A DNA stretch of 62,314 nucleotides, the filler included. It is 7 parts of 7 records of this genome, joined end to end, with 100 filler letters (N's around TTAATTAATTAA, not from the genome) between each part and the next. Parts side by side here need not be neighbours in the genome. Positions count along the whole stretch, not along the records: positions 38,915 to 56,364 come from DRR723986_10051; 6 more parts are not named here. The stretch is one strand, 5' to 3'. The notes under the pieces are model-generated. The model was given only the letters and a program-made list of their open reading frames with translations. It was not told the DNA's origin and did no database searches. The translations under genes were made by a program, and so were the position numbers. Below, in pieces: positions 43,283 through 53,310 of this stretch (positions are counted from its first letter, which is position 1; each line of letters starts with the position of its first letter).

Positions 43283-43584
43283 GCTCGGCTCCGGGGGTTG
43301 GGGCGCGTGGGGGCGCGGGTGATGTGCCTTTGCTAGCGCGGAATGCGGGGCGGCGCAAATGTGGCGAAAATGGCGCAGGACACATGCGAAAGTATGTAGT
43401 TAATAACCAAAAGTGTGGAATGGCCCTGCTATGCGTCTAAGCTGGGCGTAACAATAACCCCGGGCAGGGATAGGCGGTGCAGACCTGAAAAATCAGGCGC
43501 GCTGCGACAGGCAAAAATGAACACACAGGCAGATCACTGGCCAGTCTACAGCGTGGTTTTGCGCCCCAGTTTTGGGGTGGCGTG

Positions 43585-44670
43585 ATGGTGTGGATTGCAT
43601 TGGCCGACCGGCGCAGTGCCCGGTTTTCAAAAATTGGCTTGGGCACACAGGCCGGGCAGGCGGCCACCGCAGCCCTGCCCGATGCAGCGCCTTTGCTGCG
43701 CGGTTCGATCGTGGCCGAGGGGCAGGTGCCCACAGGCGACCGGCCGGCACATTTGTTGGCGGGCAAAGGCGCGCGGTTTCAGCTGTCGATGCAGCTGTTG
43801 CCCAGCGGTGCGGGGGTGCTGGTGCTGGCCGTTGGCGGGGTGATGCGCCATGTGATTGTGCCGCTAGAGGGGGTGCGCCCCGGTGATACGATGCGCCTGA
43901 CCTATTCATGGGATTGTGCGCTGGGCTGGGGCCGGTTGGCCGCAGAGACGCCGATGAGCGATTTGCAAGCCATGGCGCGCGTGCCCCAGCCACAGCCCCT
44001 GACACTAGAGCAATTGCAGCACTGCATTTGCAGCCCAACCGGCACCGCGCGCGACAGCCATTTGCATTTTGTGGCCCTGTCTTGCGGGATCGAGCCATTA
44101 GGCCCGATGCCCTGCCTGACGGCACAGGTGCCGGTCGATACCGCCTTTGGCCCGCGGCCGGCCTGCGCCATTCGGCGCGGCGATCTTTTGCGCTGCCTGT
44201 CTGGTGGTTTGGTGCCCGTGCTGCAGGTGCTGCGCCGCACAGTGCCCGCGCGCGGGCTGTGGCGCCCGGTGCAGCTGCGCAGCCCGTATTTGGGGCTGCA
44301 GCACGATGTCTTTGTCTCGCCCAGCCAGCGTCTGGTGGTTGGGGGATCTGAGGTGGAATACCTGTTTGGGCGCGAACATGTGGCGCTGGTTGCGCAAGAT
44401 CTGTTGGGGGGCAGCGTGGCCCTGCGCGCCCAAGGCGGGCTATGCGTGCCCTATTTTGGCTTTGTTCTGCCCGAGGCGCAGGCGGTGATGGTGGCGGGCG
44501 TGCCCATGCAAAGCATCAATATCGGGCGTATTCGGCGCAAACCGCCGGCCTTGCGTGCCAGCCTTTTGGCGGGGCTAAACCGCGCGCATCTGCCCGAACA
44601 TGCGCCATCGCCTTACCCGCTGCTGAACGCATTCGAGGCCACCACATTGGCCGCGCAACGCGCAGCTTAG
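43585..44670 (+). CDS. Hint (Hint_2-like) domain-containing protein
   Basis: CLTAQVPVDTAFGPRP...IRRGDL...PVLQV...VSPSQRLVV pattern typical of rhodobacteral Hint domains. Confidence 0.75.
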   Translation: MVWIALADRRSARFSKIGLGTQAGQAATAALPDAAPLLRGSIVAEGQVPTGDRPAHLLAGKGARFQLSMQLLPSGAGVLVLAVGGVMRHVIVPLEGVRPGDTMRLTYSWDCALGWGRLAAETPMSDLQAMARVPQPQPLTLEQLQHCICSPTGTARDSHLHFVALSCGIEPLGPMPCLTAQVPVDTAFGPRPACAIRRGDLLRCLSGGLVPVLQVLRRTVPARGLWRPVQLRSPYLGLQHDVFVSPSQRLVVGGSEVEYLFGREHVALVAQDLLGGSVALRAQGGLCVPYFGFVLPEAQAVMVAGVPMQSINIGRIRRKPPALRASLLAGLNRAHLPEHAPSPYPLLNAFEATTLAAQRAA

Positions 44671-44689
44671 GGTGCGGGCCAGCGTAGCC

Positions 44690-44722
44690 GCAGCTTAGTC
44701 GCAGCTTAGTCGCAGCTTAGTC
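44690..44722. repeat. 11-bp tandem repeat GCAGCTTAGTC x3
   Basis: Three exact copies; a partial fourth copy at 44662-44670. Confidence 0.95.
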
Positions 44723-45046
44723 TTTGTCGAAAAACGGTGTTATCTGGGCCACGACCACGGAATTTTCCTGCAAGGCCCGCTCCATCAAGGCGCGCTCTTC
44801 TGCGTCGATCTCGTGGTCTTGCGCCTCGCGCTCGGCCAGCGAGCCGTAGCCCGTAACATCCAAGGGCGCCATATCGGCCTGTTTCAGGATGGCCACCGTT
44901 TCGCGCACGGCCTCGGCCTCGTCTACGCCACTGGCATAGCACAGCAAGGCAGCACCGGTGCTGTTTTCGGGCAGGCCATCATCGGCTTTGCGGCCGACCT
45001 GAACCAAAAGAGTGTAAACCTGATGCTGGCGTGCGGGCTTTGTCAT
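44717..45046 (-). CDS. Hypothetical protein
   Basis: Protein-like ORF (VYTLLVQVGRK...EAVRETVAILKQAD) downstream of the LysR gene. Confidence 0.75.
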   Translation of the reverse strand: MTKPARQHQVYTLLVQVGRKADDGLPENSTGAALLCYASGVDEAEAVRETVAILKQADMAPLDVTGYGSLAEREAQDHEIDAEERALMERALQENSVVVAQITPFFDKD

Positions 45047-45092
45047 GGCGGGGCACATGGCGGGCGGTGGGGGGAAAGTCAAGGGTGCACAG

Positions 45093-46022
45093 CTAGGCTG
45101 TGCTGGCAGTTGCGTGCAATGCGGCCAGCTGGTCTTTGCAATGGGCCACCATGAATTCGGTGAACAGCTGCACCTTTTGATCGCGGAATTTGCGGCTGGG
45201 GGTCAGGCATACCAGCTGGGTTGCCAAGGGGGGTGTATCGGCGGCCACCGGCACCAGTGCCCCGGTTCGCAAATGATCTGACACTTCGAAGACAGGTTTC
45301 AGCACAATACCCGCCCCCGCCAGCGCCCAGGCGGTCAGCACATCGCCATCGTCGCTTTCCAGTGGGCCCGTGATTTCAAATTTCTTGGCGCCGCTGCTGG
45401 TTTGCAATGTCCATTGAAATTCGCGCGCGCCGGGAAAACGCAGGTTTAGACAATCGTGGCGGTCGGCCACCAGGGCCGCCCCATCGGCTGGCATGCCACG
45501 TTGCTGCACATAGCTGGGGGCGGCGCACAGCACCCGCGGGCAATCGGCAATCACCCGAATTTTCAGGTCGCTATCGGCCAGTGGCCCCAGGTGAAAGGCC
45601 AGATCCAGCCCCTCGCCTGTGACATCAATGGCCCGGTCAGACAGGCGCAAGCGAATATCGATCTGCGGGTAAAGCGCCTTGAATGCAGGCACAGCCGGGG
45701 CAATAAAGCGCCGCCCAACACCCAGGGGGGCGGCCACAAACAACGTGCCACGCGGGCTTTGGCTGGCCTCCATCACCACCGCTTCGGCGGCATCAATCGC
45801 CTCGAGAATGCGGCAGGCGCCATCGTAAAACAGCCGCCCATGTTCGGTGGGGCGCAGCGCGCGGGTTGTGCGGTTGAACAGCCGCACGCCAAGATGCTTT
45901 TCCAAATCAGCCACCCGCGCCGAGGCCACCGCGGGCGAGGTGCGCTGATCGCGGGCGGCCGCGCTCATGCTGCCCAATTCATAGACGCGCACAAACATTC
46001 TGATGTTGTTTACATAGGCCAT
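45093..46022 (-). CDS. LysR family regulator
   Basis: FVRVYELGSMSAAAR...LEKHLGVRLFNRTTR; divergent from puuD. Confidence 0.93.
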   Translation of the reverse strand: MAYVNNIRMFVRVYELGSMSAAARDQRTSPAVASARVADLEKHLGVRLFNRTTRALRPTEHGRLFYDGACRILEAIDAAEAVVMEASQSPRGTLFVAAPLGVGRRFIAPAVPAFKALYPQIDIRLRLSDRAIDVTGEGLDLAFHLGPLADSDLKIRVIADCPRVLCAAPSYVQQRGMPADGAALVADRHDCLNLRFPGAREFQWTLQTSSGAKKFEITGPLESDDGDVLTAWALAGAGIVLKPVFEVSDHLRTGALVPVAADTPPLATQLVCLTPSRKFRDQKVQLFTEFMVAHCKDQLAALHATASTA

Positions 46023-46122
46023 TATAAAGAATTCATTGAAACTGTTCCGCCTATTGGCAGGATTAACAAATAAATTGCCGCTAAGATAGCCTGTTGCGCA
46101 ACACATAGAGAGGAAGAGACAG

Positions 46123-47364
46123 ATGTATGATCTGGCTGTTATCGGCGCTTGGGCCGAATTTGCCATTCGCTGGCTGCATGTGATCACGGCCATCGCTTGG
46201 ATCGGGTCGTCTTTCTATTTCATCGCGCTGGATCTGGGCCTGCACCGCGATCGCAACCTGGCCACCGGGGCCGATGGCGAGGAATGGCAGGTGCATGGTG
46301 GTGGGTTTTACCACATTCAGAAATATCTGGTTGCCCCGGCCAATATGCCCGATGGGCTGGTTTGGTTTAAATGGGAAAGCTATGCCACCTGGCTGTCTGG
46401 CTTTGCGCTATTGGCGGTGGTCTATTATCTGGGGGCGGAATTTTACCTGATCGATCCGGCGGTGATGGATCTGTCGGTGCCCGGTGCCATTGCCATTTCG
46501 GTGGCATCGCTGGCCTTTGGCTGGCTGGCTTATAACACGCTGTGCAAGATCTTTGTCGAGGCAAACCAAACCCTGTTGATGGTGGCGCTGTTTGGGCTGC
46601 TGGTGGGCATGAGCTATTTCTACGCCAATGTGTTTTCAGGGCGCGCAGCGCTGCTGCATCTGGGGGCGTTTACCGCAACGATCATGTCGGCCAATGTGTT
46701 TATGATCATCATCCCCAACCAAAAAATCGTTGTGGCCGATCTGATTGCCGGGCGCAAACCCGACCCGCAATTTGGCAAAATTGCCAAACAGCGCAGCACG
46801 CATAACAACTACCTGACCTTGCCGGTGATCTTTTTGATGCTGTCCAACCACTATCCATTGGCCTTTGCCAGCCAATGGAACTGGGTGATTGCCGCGCTGG
46901 TATTTTTGATGGGCGTGACCATCCGGCATTTTTTCAACAGCCAGCATGCCCGCCGCGGCACCCCTTGGTGGGCTTGGGCTGCCACGGCAATTATTTTCGT
47001 GTTGATCATGTGGCTGTCTACCGCGCCGATGTTTCAAGCCGACCAGCGCCACGAGGCCCACGGCCCCGCGCTGCGCTTTGCCCAGGCCCAGGGGTTTGAT
47101 GCCGCGCGCGATATCGTGTTGGGCCGTTGTTCGATGTGCCATGCCGCGGAACCCGGCTGGGAGGGGCTGCATTGGGCGCCCAAGGGCGTGCTGCTGGAAA
47201 CCGATCACCAAATCGCCAGCCATGCCCGGGCCATTTACCTGCAGGCGGGTATCAGCCATGCCATGCCGCCTGCCAACCTGTCGTTTATCGAACCAGAAGA
47301 GCGCGCGCAGATCGTGGCTTGGTATCGCAACGCCATCGGGGCTGGCACGCCCGTGGTGCAATAA
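46123..47364 (+). CDS. puuD: Urate hydroxylase PuuD (membrane domain plus cytochrome c)
   Basis: RWLHVITAIAWIGSSFYF, WFKWESY, RSTHNNYLTLPV, CSMCH heme motif. Confidence 0.9.
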   Translation: MYDLAVIGAWAEFAIRWLHVITAIAWIGSSFYFIALDLGLHRDRNLATGADGEEWQVHGGGFYHIQKYLVAPANMPDGLVWFKWESYATWLSGFALLAVVYYLGAEFYLIDPAVMDLSVPGAIAISVASLAFGWLAYNTLCKIFVEANQTLLMVALFGLLVGMSYFYANVFSGRAALLHLGAFTATIMSANVFMIIIPNQKIVVADLIAGRKPDPQFGKIAKQRSTHNNYLTLPVIFLMLSNHYPLAFASQWNWVIAALVFLMGVTIRHFFNSQHARRGTPWWAWAATAIIFVLIMWLSTAPMFQADQRHEAHGPALRFAQAQGFDAARDIVLGRCSMCHAAEPGWEGLHWAPKGVLLETDHQIASHARAIYLQAGISHAMPPANLSFIEPEERAQIVAWYRNAIGAGTPVVQ

Positions 47365-47404
47365 TTCCCTCGCCGGCGGCATGGTTTCGCGCTAAGGCCC
47401 CGGC

Positions 47405-48517
47405 ATGGACAGCGATTTCGAGATCTTTTTGGTGGCCCCACCGGGGCTAGAGCCGGTTTTGGCCGACGAGGCGCGCAGCGCAGGGTTTGCCACGCCCACG
47501 GTGCAGCCCGGTGGTGTGATCACCCGCGGCGGTTGGCCCGAGGTATGGCGCGCCAACCTGTGCCTGCGGGGCGCCACCCGTGTTTTGGTGCGCCTGGGCG
47601 AATTCCGCGCCTTTCATCTGGCGCAGCTAGACAAACGCGCGCGCAAATTTCCATGGGCTGATGTGCTGCGCCCCGATGTGGCGGTGCGGGTCGAGGTAAG
47701 CACCTCGAAGAAGTCGAAAATCTATCATGCAGGCGCCGCGGCCCAACGGATCGAGCGGGCCATCACCGAAACCTTGGGCGCGCCCATTGCCGCCGATGCG
47801 CCTGTGACGCTGAAACTGCGGATCGACGATAATCTGGTCACCATATCGGTGGATAGCTCGGGCGAAAGCCTGCACAAGCGCGGCCATAAACAGGCCATGG
47901 GCAAAGCCCCCATGCGCGAAACGCTGGCTGCGTTATTTTTGCGGCAGTTGGGTTATACCGGCACCCAAGCGGTGGTTGACCCGATGTGTGGCTCGGGGAC
48001 ATTTCCGATCGAGGCGGCAGAACAGGCGCTGGGCCTATACCCTGGCCGCGCGCGTGGGTTTGCGTTTCAGCATCTGGCAGGGTTTGATGCTGTGGCATGG
48101 CAGGCGCTGTTGGCCGGGGCGCCCCAGCCCCAGCCCCAACCCCAGCCGCGGTTTTTTGGCTTTGACCGCGATGCAGGCGCGGTGCGTATGGCCAGCGAAA
48201 ACGCCCAGCGCGCCGGTGTGGCGGGTAGCACCCGCTTTGCCTGCCAGCCGCTTAGCGCGCTTGTGCCACCGCCCGATGTGGCGCCCGGAATCGTGGTGAT
48301 CAACCCGCCCTATGGCGACAGGATCGGCAACAAAAAGCTGCTTTTCGGGCTTTATGGCGCGATGGGAACGGTGCTGGGGCAGCAATTTGCGGGCTGGCGT
48401 GTGGGCATTATCACCACCGATGGGGGCCTGGCGCGCGCCACTGGCCTCGATTTGCAGGCCGGCCCGCCCGTGCCCCATGGCGGGCTGAAAGTGCGCCTTT
48501 ACCAAACCGATTTATAG
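47405..48517 (+). CDS. THUMP-domain RNA methyltransferase (RlmL-like)
   Basis: LHKRG, APMRETLAA, DPMCGSGT, NPPYG. Confidence 0.9.
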   Translation: MDSDFEIFLVAPPGLEPVLADEARSAGFATPTVQPGGVITRGGWPEVWRANLCLRGATRVLVRLGEFRAFHLAQLDKRARKFPWADVLRPDVAVRVEVSTSKKSKIYHAGAAAQRIERAITETLGAPIAADAPVTLKLRIDDNLVTISVDSSGESLHKRGHKQAMGKAPMRETLAALFLRQLGYTGTQAVVDPMCGSGTFPIEAAEQALGLYPGRARGFAFQHLAGFDAVAWQALLAGAPQPQPQPQPRFFGFDRDAGAVRMASENAQRAGVAGSTRFACQPLSALVPPPDVAPGIVVINPPYGDRIGNKKLLFGLYGAMGTVLGQQFAGWRVGIITTDGGLARATGLDLQAGPPVPHGGLKVRLYQTDL

Positions 48518-48578
48518 CGCCCCGCCAGCCGACGAAGCTGGTGGCAGAATCGCCCGATCTTATGCTAGCTGTTGTGGT

Positions 48579-50468
48579 ATGAATACAGCCGCACCCAATA
48601 TACGCCCCATCATTCGCCAGTTAGACGAGGCTGCCATCAACCGCATCGCCGCGGGCGAGGTGGTTGAACGGCCGGCATCTGCGGTGAAAGAGCTGGTGGA
48701 AAACGCCATCGATGCGGGTGCCACGCGGGTGGATGTTACCATCAGCGATGGCGGCAAAACCCTGATCCGCGTGGTGGATGACGGCTGCGGCATGACCGAG
48801 GCCGAATTGCCGCTGGCCCTGTCGCGCCATGCCACATCGAAAATTGATGGCAGCGATTTGCTGAATATCTCGACCTTTGGCTTTCGCGGCGAGGCGCTGC
48901 CCAGCCTGGGGGCGGTGGGGCGTTTGACCATCACCAGCCGCGCGGCGGGGCATGAGGCAGCGCAAATCACCGTGGCCGGTGGACAGCTTGGCCCGGTGAA
49001 ACCTGCAGGCCTCAGCGGTGGCACGGTGGTTGAACTGCGCGATCTGTTTTACGCCACGCCTGCGCGGCTGAAATTCATGCGCACCGATCGCGCCGAAACA
49101 CAGGCTGTGACCGATACGATCAAGCGCCTTGCCATGGCCGAGCCCTTTGTCGGCTTTACCCTGACCGAGGCCAGCGATGGCGCCAGCCGCCAGCTGTTTC
49201 GCGCCGATGCCGAAAGTGGCGATTTGTTCGATGCCTTGCATGGCCGGCTATCGCAGGTGTTGGGCCATGATTTTGCCGAAAACGCCCTGCCAATCGATGC
49301 CACCCGCGATGGCATGCATTTGCGCGGCTATGCGGCGCTGCCCACCTATTCGCGCGGCGCGGCGGTGGCGCAGTTCTTGTTCGTCAATGGCCGGCCGGTG
49401 CGCGATAAAATGCTGTTGGGCGCCTTGCGTGCGGCCTATTTCGATTTTCTCAGCCGCGATCGCCACCCGGTTGCGGCCTTGTTTGTGGATTGCGATCCGC
49501 AATTGGTGGATGTCAACGTGCACCCGGCCAAATCCGAGGTGCGCTTTCGCGATCCGGGGCTGGTGCGCGGGCTGATTATCAGCGCGCTGCGCCATGCCCT
49601 GGCCGAGGCGGGGCATCGCGCCTCGAGCACCGTTGCGGGGGCCACTTTGGGTGCCATGCGCCCCGAGGCCGGCCATGCCCCAAACAGCCCCGCGCGCATC
49701 TACCAGATGGATCGCCCGGCGCCCGGCGCCCTGCGCCAGGGCTACAGCGCCCAGGCCCCGCATCCGTTTGCTGCGCCACAGCAGCCCGGTTTTGCCGAAA
49801 CCATGGGCGCCTATAGCGCGCGGGTTGAAACCGATAGCGCCGCCGCGGGCACCCCCGATATAGCCCCCGATGCGGCTATGGGCGAGGGCCTGCCACTGGG
49901 GGCTGCGCGCGCGCAGGTGCATGAAAACTATATTATCGCGCAAACCGCCACCGGCATTGTGATTGTCGATCAGCATGCCGCGCACGAACGTTTGGTCTAT
50001 GAAAAGCTAAAACGCCAGATGGCTGAAAACGGTGTGGCCAGCCAGGCGCTGTTGATACCTGAAATTGTTGAATTGCAGCCGCCTGATTGTGCCAGCCTGC
50101 TGGATATTGCCCCGCAGCTGGAAAGGCTGGGCTTGCATATCGAACCCTTTGGTGCGGGCGCCATTGCCGTGCGTGAAACACCGGCATTACTGGGCCAAGT
50201 CAACGCCCGGGCCATGGTGATGGATATTGTTGATGAGCTGGCCGATCAGGGCGACAGTTTAACTGTGCAAGCGCGGCTTGAGGCGATACTAAGCCGCGTG
50301 GCGTGCCACGGCTCTGTCCGCTCGGGGCGGCGGATGCGGGCCGAAGAAATGAACGCGCTGTTGCGAGAAATGGAGCAAACGCCGCATTCAGGCCAATGCA
50401 ACCATGGCCGCCCCACCTATGTCGAGCTGCGGCTCAGCGATATTGAAAGGCTGTTTGGGCGCACATGA
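48579..50468 (+). CDS. mutL: DNA mismatch repair endonuclease MutL
   Basis: GFRGEAL, DQHAAHER, CNHGRP. Confidence 0.97.
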   Translation: MNTAAPNIRPIIRQLDEAAINRIAAGEVVERPASAVKELVENAIDAGATRVDVTISDGGKTLIRVVDDGCGMTEAELPLALSRHATSKIDGSDLLNISTFGFRGEALPSLGAVGRLTITSRAAGHEAAQITVAGGQLGPVKPAGLSGGTVVELRDLFYATPARLKFMRTDRAETQAVTDTIKRLAMAEPFVGFTLTEASDGASRQLFRADAESGDLFDALHGRLSQVLGHDFAENALPIDATRDGMHLRGYAALPTYSRGAAVAQFLFVNGRPVRDKMLLGALRAAYFDFLSRDRHPVAALFVDCDPQLVDVNVHPAKSEVRFRDPGLVRGLIISALRHALAEAGHRASSTVAGATLGAMRPEAGHAPNSPARIYQMDRPAPGALRQGYSAQAPHPFAAPQQPGFAETMGAYSARVETDSAAAGTPDIAPDAAMGEGLPLGAARAQVHENYIIAQTATGIVIVDQHAAHERLVYEKLKRQMAENGVASQALLIPEIVELQPPDCASLLDIAPQLERLGLHIEPFGAGAIAVRETPALLGQVNARAMVMDIVDELADQGDSLTVQARLEAILSRVACHGSVRSGRRMRAEEMNALLREMEQTPHSGQCNHGRPTYVELRLSDIERLFGRT

Positions 50469-51637
50469 TACATATTGGGACGCACGAGATTTCCTTTGAC
50501 GACCCGCTGTTTTTTCTGGGGCTTGCGGGGCTATGCGTGCTGGCGCTGATTTTGGTGCTTTTGGTTATGGCGGTGCGCGCAGCCGGGCGCAGCGCGCAGA
50601 TGGCTGCGCCTTTGGCTGCACAGCTGGGGCAATTGGGCCAGCGCGTGCAATCGCTGTCGGATGGCCAGCAGCAATTGGCCGGCGGGCTGACGCATGTTTC
50701 AGATGCGCAGGCGGCGGCGCAAACCCATATGCTGCAGCTGATGGAGCGGCGGTTGGCGCAGGTCAGCGAAGCGATGACAGAAAACCTGCAAGGATCGGCC
50801 CGGCGCACGGCGCATTCGCTGGGTGAATTGCAGCAGCGTTTGCAGGTGATCGACAAGGCGCAGGAAAACATCACCAAACTGTCGGGCGATGTGCTGTCTT
50901 TGCAAGATATCTTGTCAAACAAACAAACGCGCGGCGCCTTTGGTGAAATTCAGCTGCGCGATATCGTGGGCAAGGCGCTGCCCAGCGATAGTTTCACCTG
51001 GCAGGCCACGCTATCGAACGGGCGGCGCGCCGATTGTTTGATCCATCTGCCAAACCCGCCCGGCCCTATCGTGATCGACAGCAAATTTCCGCTTGAACCC
51101 TACGAGGCGCTGGTGAATGCCCAAACGCCCGAGCAACTGACCCGCGCGGCCCAATTGATGCGGCAGGCGGTGCGCAGCCATATCAAGGCGATATCGGAAA
51201 AATATATCCTTGATGGGGAAACCGCCGATGGGGCGCTGATGTTTTTACCATCCGAGGCAGTCTATGCCGAATTGCACGCGCGTTTTCCCGAATTGGTGCG
51301 CGAGGGTTTTGCCGCCCGGGTGTGGATTGTCTCGCCCACCACCTGCATGGCCACGCTGAACACCATGCGCGCCATTTTGAAAGATGCGCGCATGCGCGAA
51401 CAGGCGGGCGCCATTCGCCGCGAATTGGGGCTGCTGTTTGGCGATGTGGAACGGCTGGGTGCGCGGGTGGAAAACCTGGACAGGCATTTTTCGCAGGCGG
51501 CCAAGGATATTTCTGAAATCAAGATCAGCGCCGACAAAGCCGGGCGCCGGGCGCGGCGGCTGGATAATTTCGATTTCGAGGAATTGGCCCCCGAAACCGA
51601 CCCTGCCGTTGTGCCGATCGAGGCGCCAAAGCCCTGA
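50465..51637 (+). CDS. rmuC: DNA recombination protein RmuC
   Basis: RGAFGEIQL, IDSKFP, MFLPSEA, SPTT. Confidence 0.95.
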   Translation: MIHIGTHEISFDDPLFFLGLAGLCVLALILVLLVMAVRAAGRSAQMAAPLAAQLGQLGQRVQSLSDGQQQLAGGLTHVSDAQAAAQTHMLQLMERRLAQVSEAMTENLQGSARRTAHSLGELQQRLQVIDKAQENITKLSGDVLSLQDILSNKQTRGAFGEIQLRDIVGKALPSDSFTWQATLSNGRRADCLIHLPNPPGPIVIDSKFPLEPYEALVNAQTPEQLTRAAQLMRQAVRSHIKAISEKYILDGETADGALMFLPSEAVYAELHARFPELVREGFAARVWIVSPTTCMATLNTMRAILKDARMREQAGAIRRELGLLFGDVERLGARVENLDRHFSQAAKDISEIKISADKAGRRARRLDNFDFEELAPETDPAVVPIEAPKP

Positions 51638-51644
51638 GGGCTGA

Positions 51645-52481
51645 TTAAAACCGCCGTGGATCGGCGGGGTAGGTGCCCAAAATCTTCATCTCGGATGTGA
51701 AATAGCCCAGCTCGTCTAGCGCCAGCTGCACGTTTGCATCATCGGGGTGGCCCTCGATATCGGCGTAAAACTGCGTGGCAGTGAACGAGCCGCCCACCAT
51801 ATAGCTTTCCAGTTTTGTCATGTTCACGCCATTGGTGGCAAACCCGCCCATCGCCTTGTATAGCGCGGCTGGAATATTGCGCACCTGAAAGACGAATGTC
51901 GTCATCATATGGCCCGAGCGGCGGGTGCGGTTCATTTGTGGTGCCATCAGCAAGAACCGGGTGGTGTTATGGCCGTGGTCTTCGATATCGCGGGCCAAAA
52001 TATCAAGCCCATAGATCTGCGCGGCCAATTCCGATGCCAAAACCCCCTCGCCTTTGGTGCGGTGCTGGGCCAGCTCTTCGGCGGCGCCAGCGCTGTCGGC
52101 GGCGGCCTCGGCGCTAATGCCATGGGCCTTGAGAAATGTTTTGGCTTGCGGAATCAGCACCAGATGCGCGCGCACCTTGGCAATATCGGCCAGCGTGCTG
52201 CCGGGCAGGCCCATGAGGGCAATGCGCACGCGCACGAAAACCTCGTCGATGATGTAAAGCCCCGATTGCGGCAACAGGCGGTGAATATCGGCCACCCGCC
52301 CATAGGTAGAATTTTCAACCGGCAGCATCGCCATATCGGCCCGGCCATCGCGCACGGCATCGATGACCTCTTCGAATGTATCGCAGGGCAGGGGTTGCAT
52401 GTCGGGGCGCGACAGGGCGCAGGCCTCGTGGCCATAGGCGCCCAAAACCCCCTGAAAAGCGATGCAATTGGTCTTTGTCAT
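51645..52481 (-). CDS. pheA: Prephenate dehydratase
   Basis: AFQGVLGAY, PVENS, NTTRF, ACT domain NMTKLES. Confidence 0.93.
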   Translation of the reverse strand: MTKTNCIAFQGVLGAYGHEACALSRPDMQPLPCDTFEEVIDAVRDGRADMAMLPVENSTYGRVADIHRLLPQSGLYIIDEVFVRVRIALMGLPGSTLADIAKVRAHLVLIPQAKTFLKAHGISAEAAADSAGAAEELAQHRTKGEGVLASELAAQIYGLDILARDIEDHGHNTTRFLLMAPQMNRTRRSGHMMTTFVFQVRNIPAALYKAMGGFATNGVNMTKLESYMVGGSFTATQFYADIEGHPDDANVQLALDELGYFTSEMKILGTYPADPRRF

Positions 52482-52598
52482 GTCAAATCCATCGAAAAAT
52501 GGCCCAGATGGGCGTTTGGTCGCGGTAAGTATACCTTGCGCCGGGCAAGGGGAAGCATATAGATACCCGGCGACAGACACGAACAAAACGGGCGAACC

Positions 52599-53123
52599 AT
52601 GTTTGACACGATGACCATTACCAAAGCTGGCGGCGCGCTATGTGGTGCCTTGCTTGTGTTTTTGCTGGGCAATTGGGCTGCTGAAAGCCTGTACCATGTT
52701 GGCACTGCCGGGCATGGCGATGAAGAACATGCCGCAGGCTATGTGATCGAGGTAGAAACCGGCGGCGGCGAAGCCGAAGAAGAAGTGGTTGTTGATGTGG
52801 CAGCCATTTTGGCCGCAGGCGATGTTGCCAGCGGTGCAAAAGTATTCTCGAAATGCAAGGCCTGCCACAAGCTGGAAAAAGGCGCCAATGCAACTGGCCC
52901 CTACCTATATGGTGTTGTGGGCCGTGCGGTTGACGCAGCCGAGGGCTATGGCTACTCGGGCGCGCTGGAACAGGCCGCAGATGTGTGGACGCCAGAAAAC
53001 CTATATGCATTCTTGGAAGATCCCCGCGGCTATGCCCCCGGCAACAAAATGTCGTTCTCGGGCCTGAAAAAGCCCGAAGATCGCGCCGACCTGATCGCGT
53101 ATCTGGATAGCCTGGATAACTAA
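52599..53123 (+). CDS. Membrane-anchored class I cytochrome c (cytochrome cy/CycM-like)
   Basis: N-terminal TM, CKACH, PGNKMSF. Confidence 0.92.
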   Translation: MFDTMTITKAGGALCGALLVFLLGNWAAESLYHVGTAGHGDEEHAAGYVIEVETGGGEAEEEVVVDVAAILAAGDVASGAKVFSKCKACHKLEKGANATGPYLYGVVGRAVDAAEGYGYSGALEQAADVWTPENLYAFLEDPRGYAPGNKMSFSGLKKPEDRADLIAYLDSLDN

Positions 53124-53310
53124 GACCAGCGCATGGCACGCCTGTGCGGCGGTGCCTGGTTTGATAGGCCGTGCCCCCGGGGTGCGGCCTTTTTGCTATG
53201 CGGCCCTTTTCGCGCTGATCACGTTTTCTTAGATTGAACGTGGCCCCGTGCGGCAATTACGTTAAGTCTGACGCAACAGAAGAAAAACACGCAGCAGCAG
53301 GAGTGACAGC

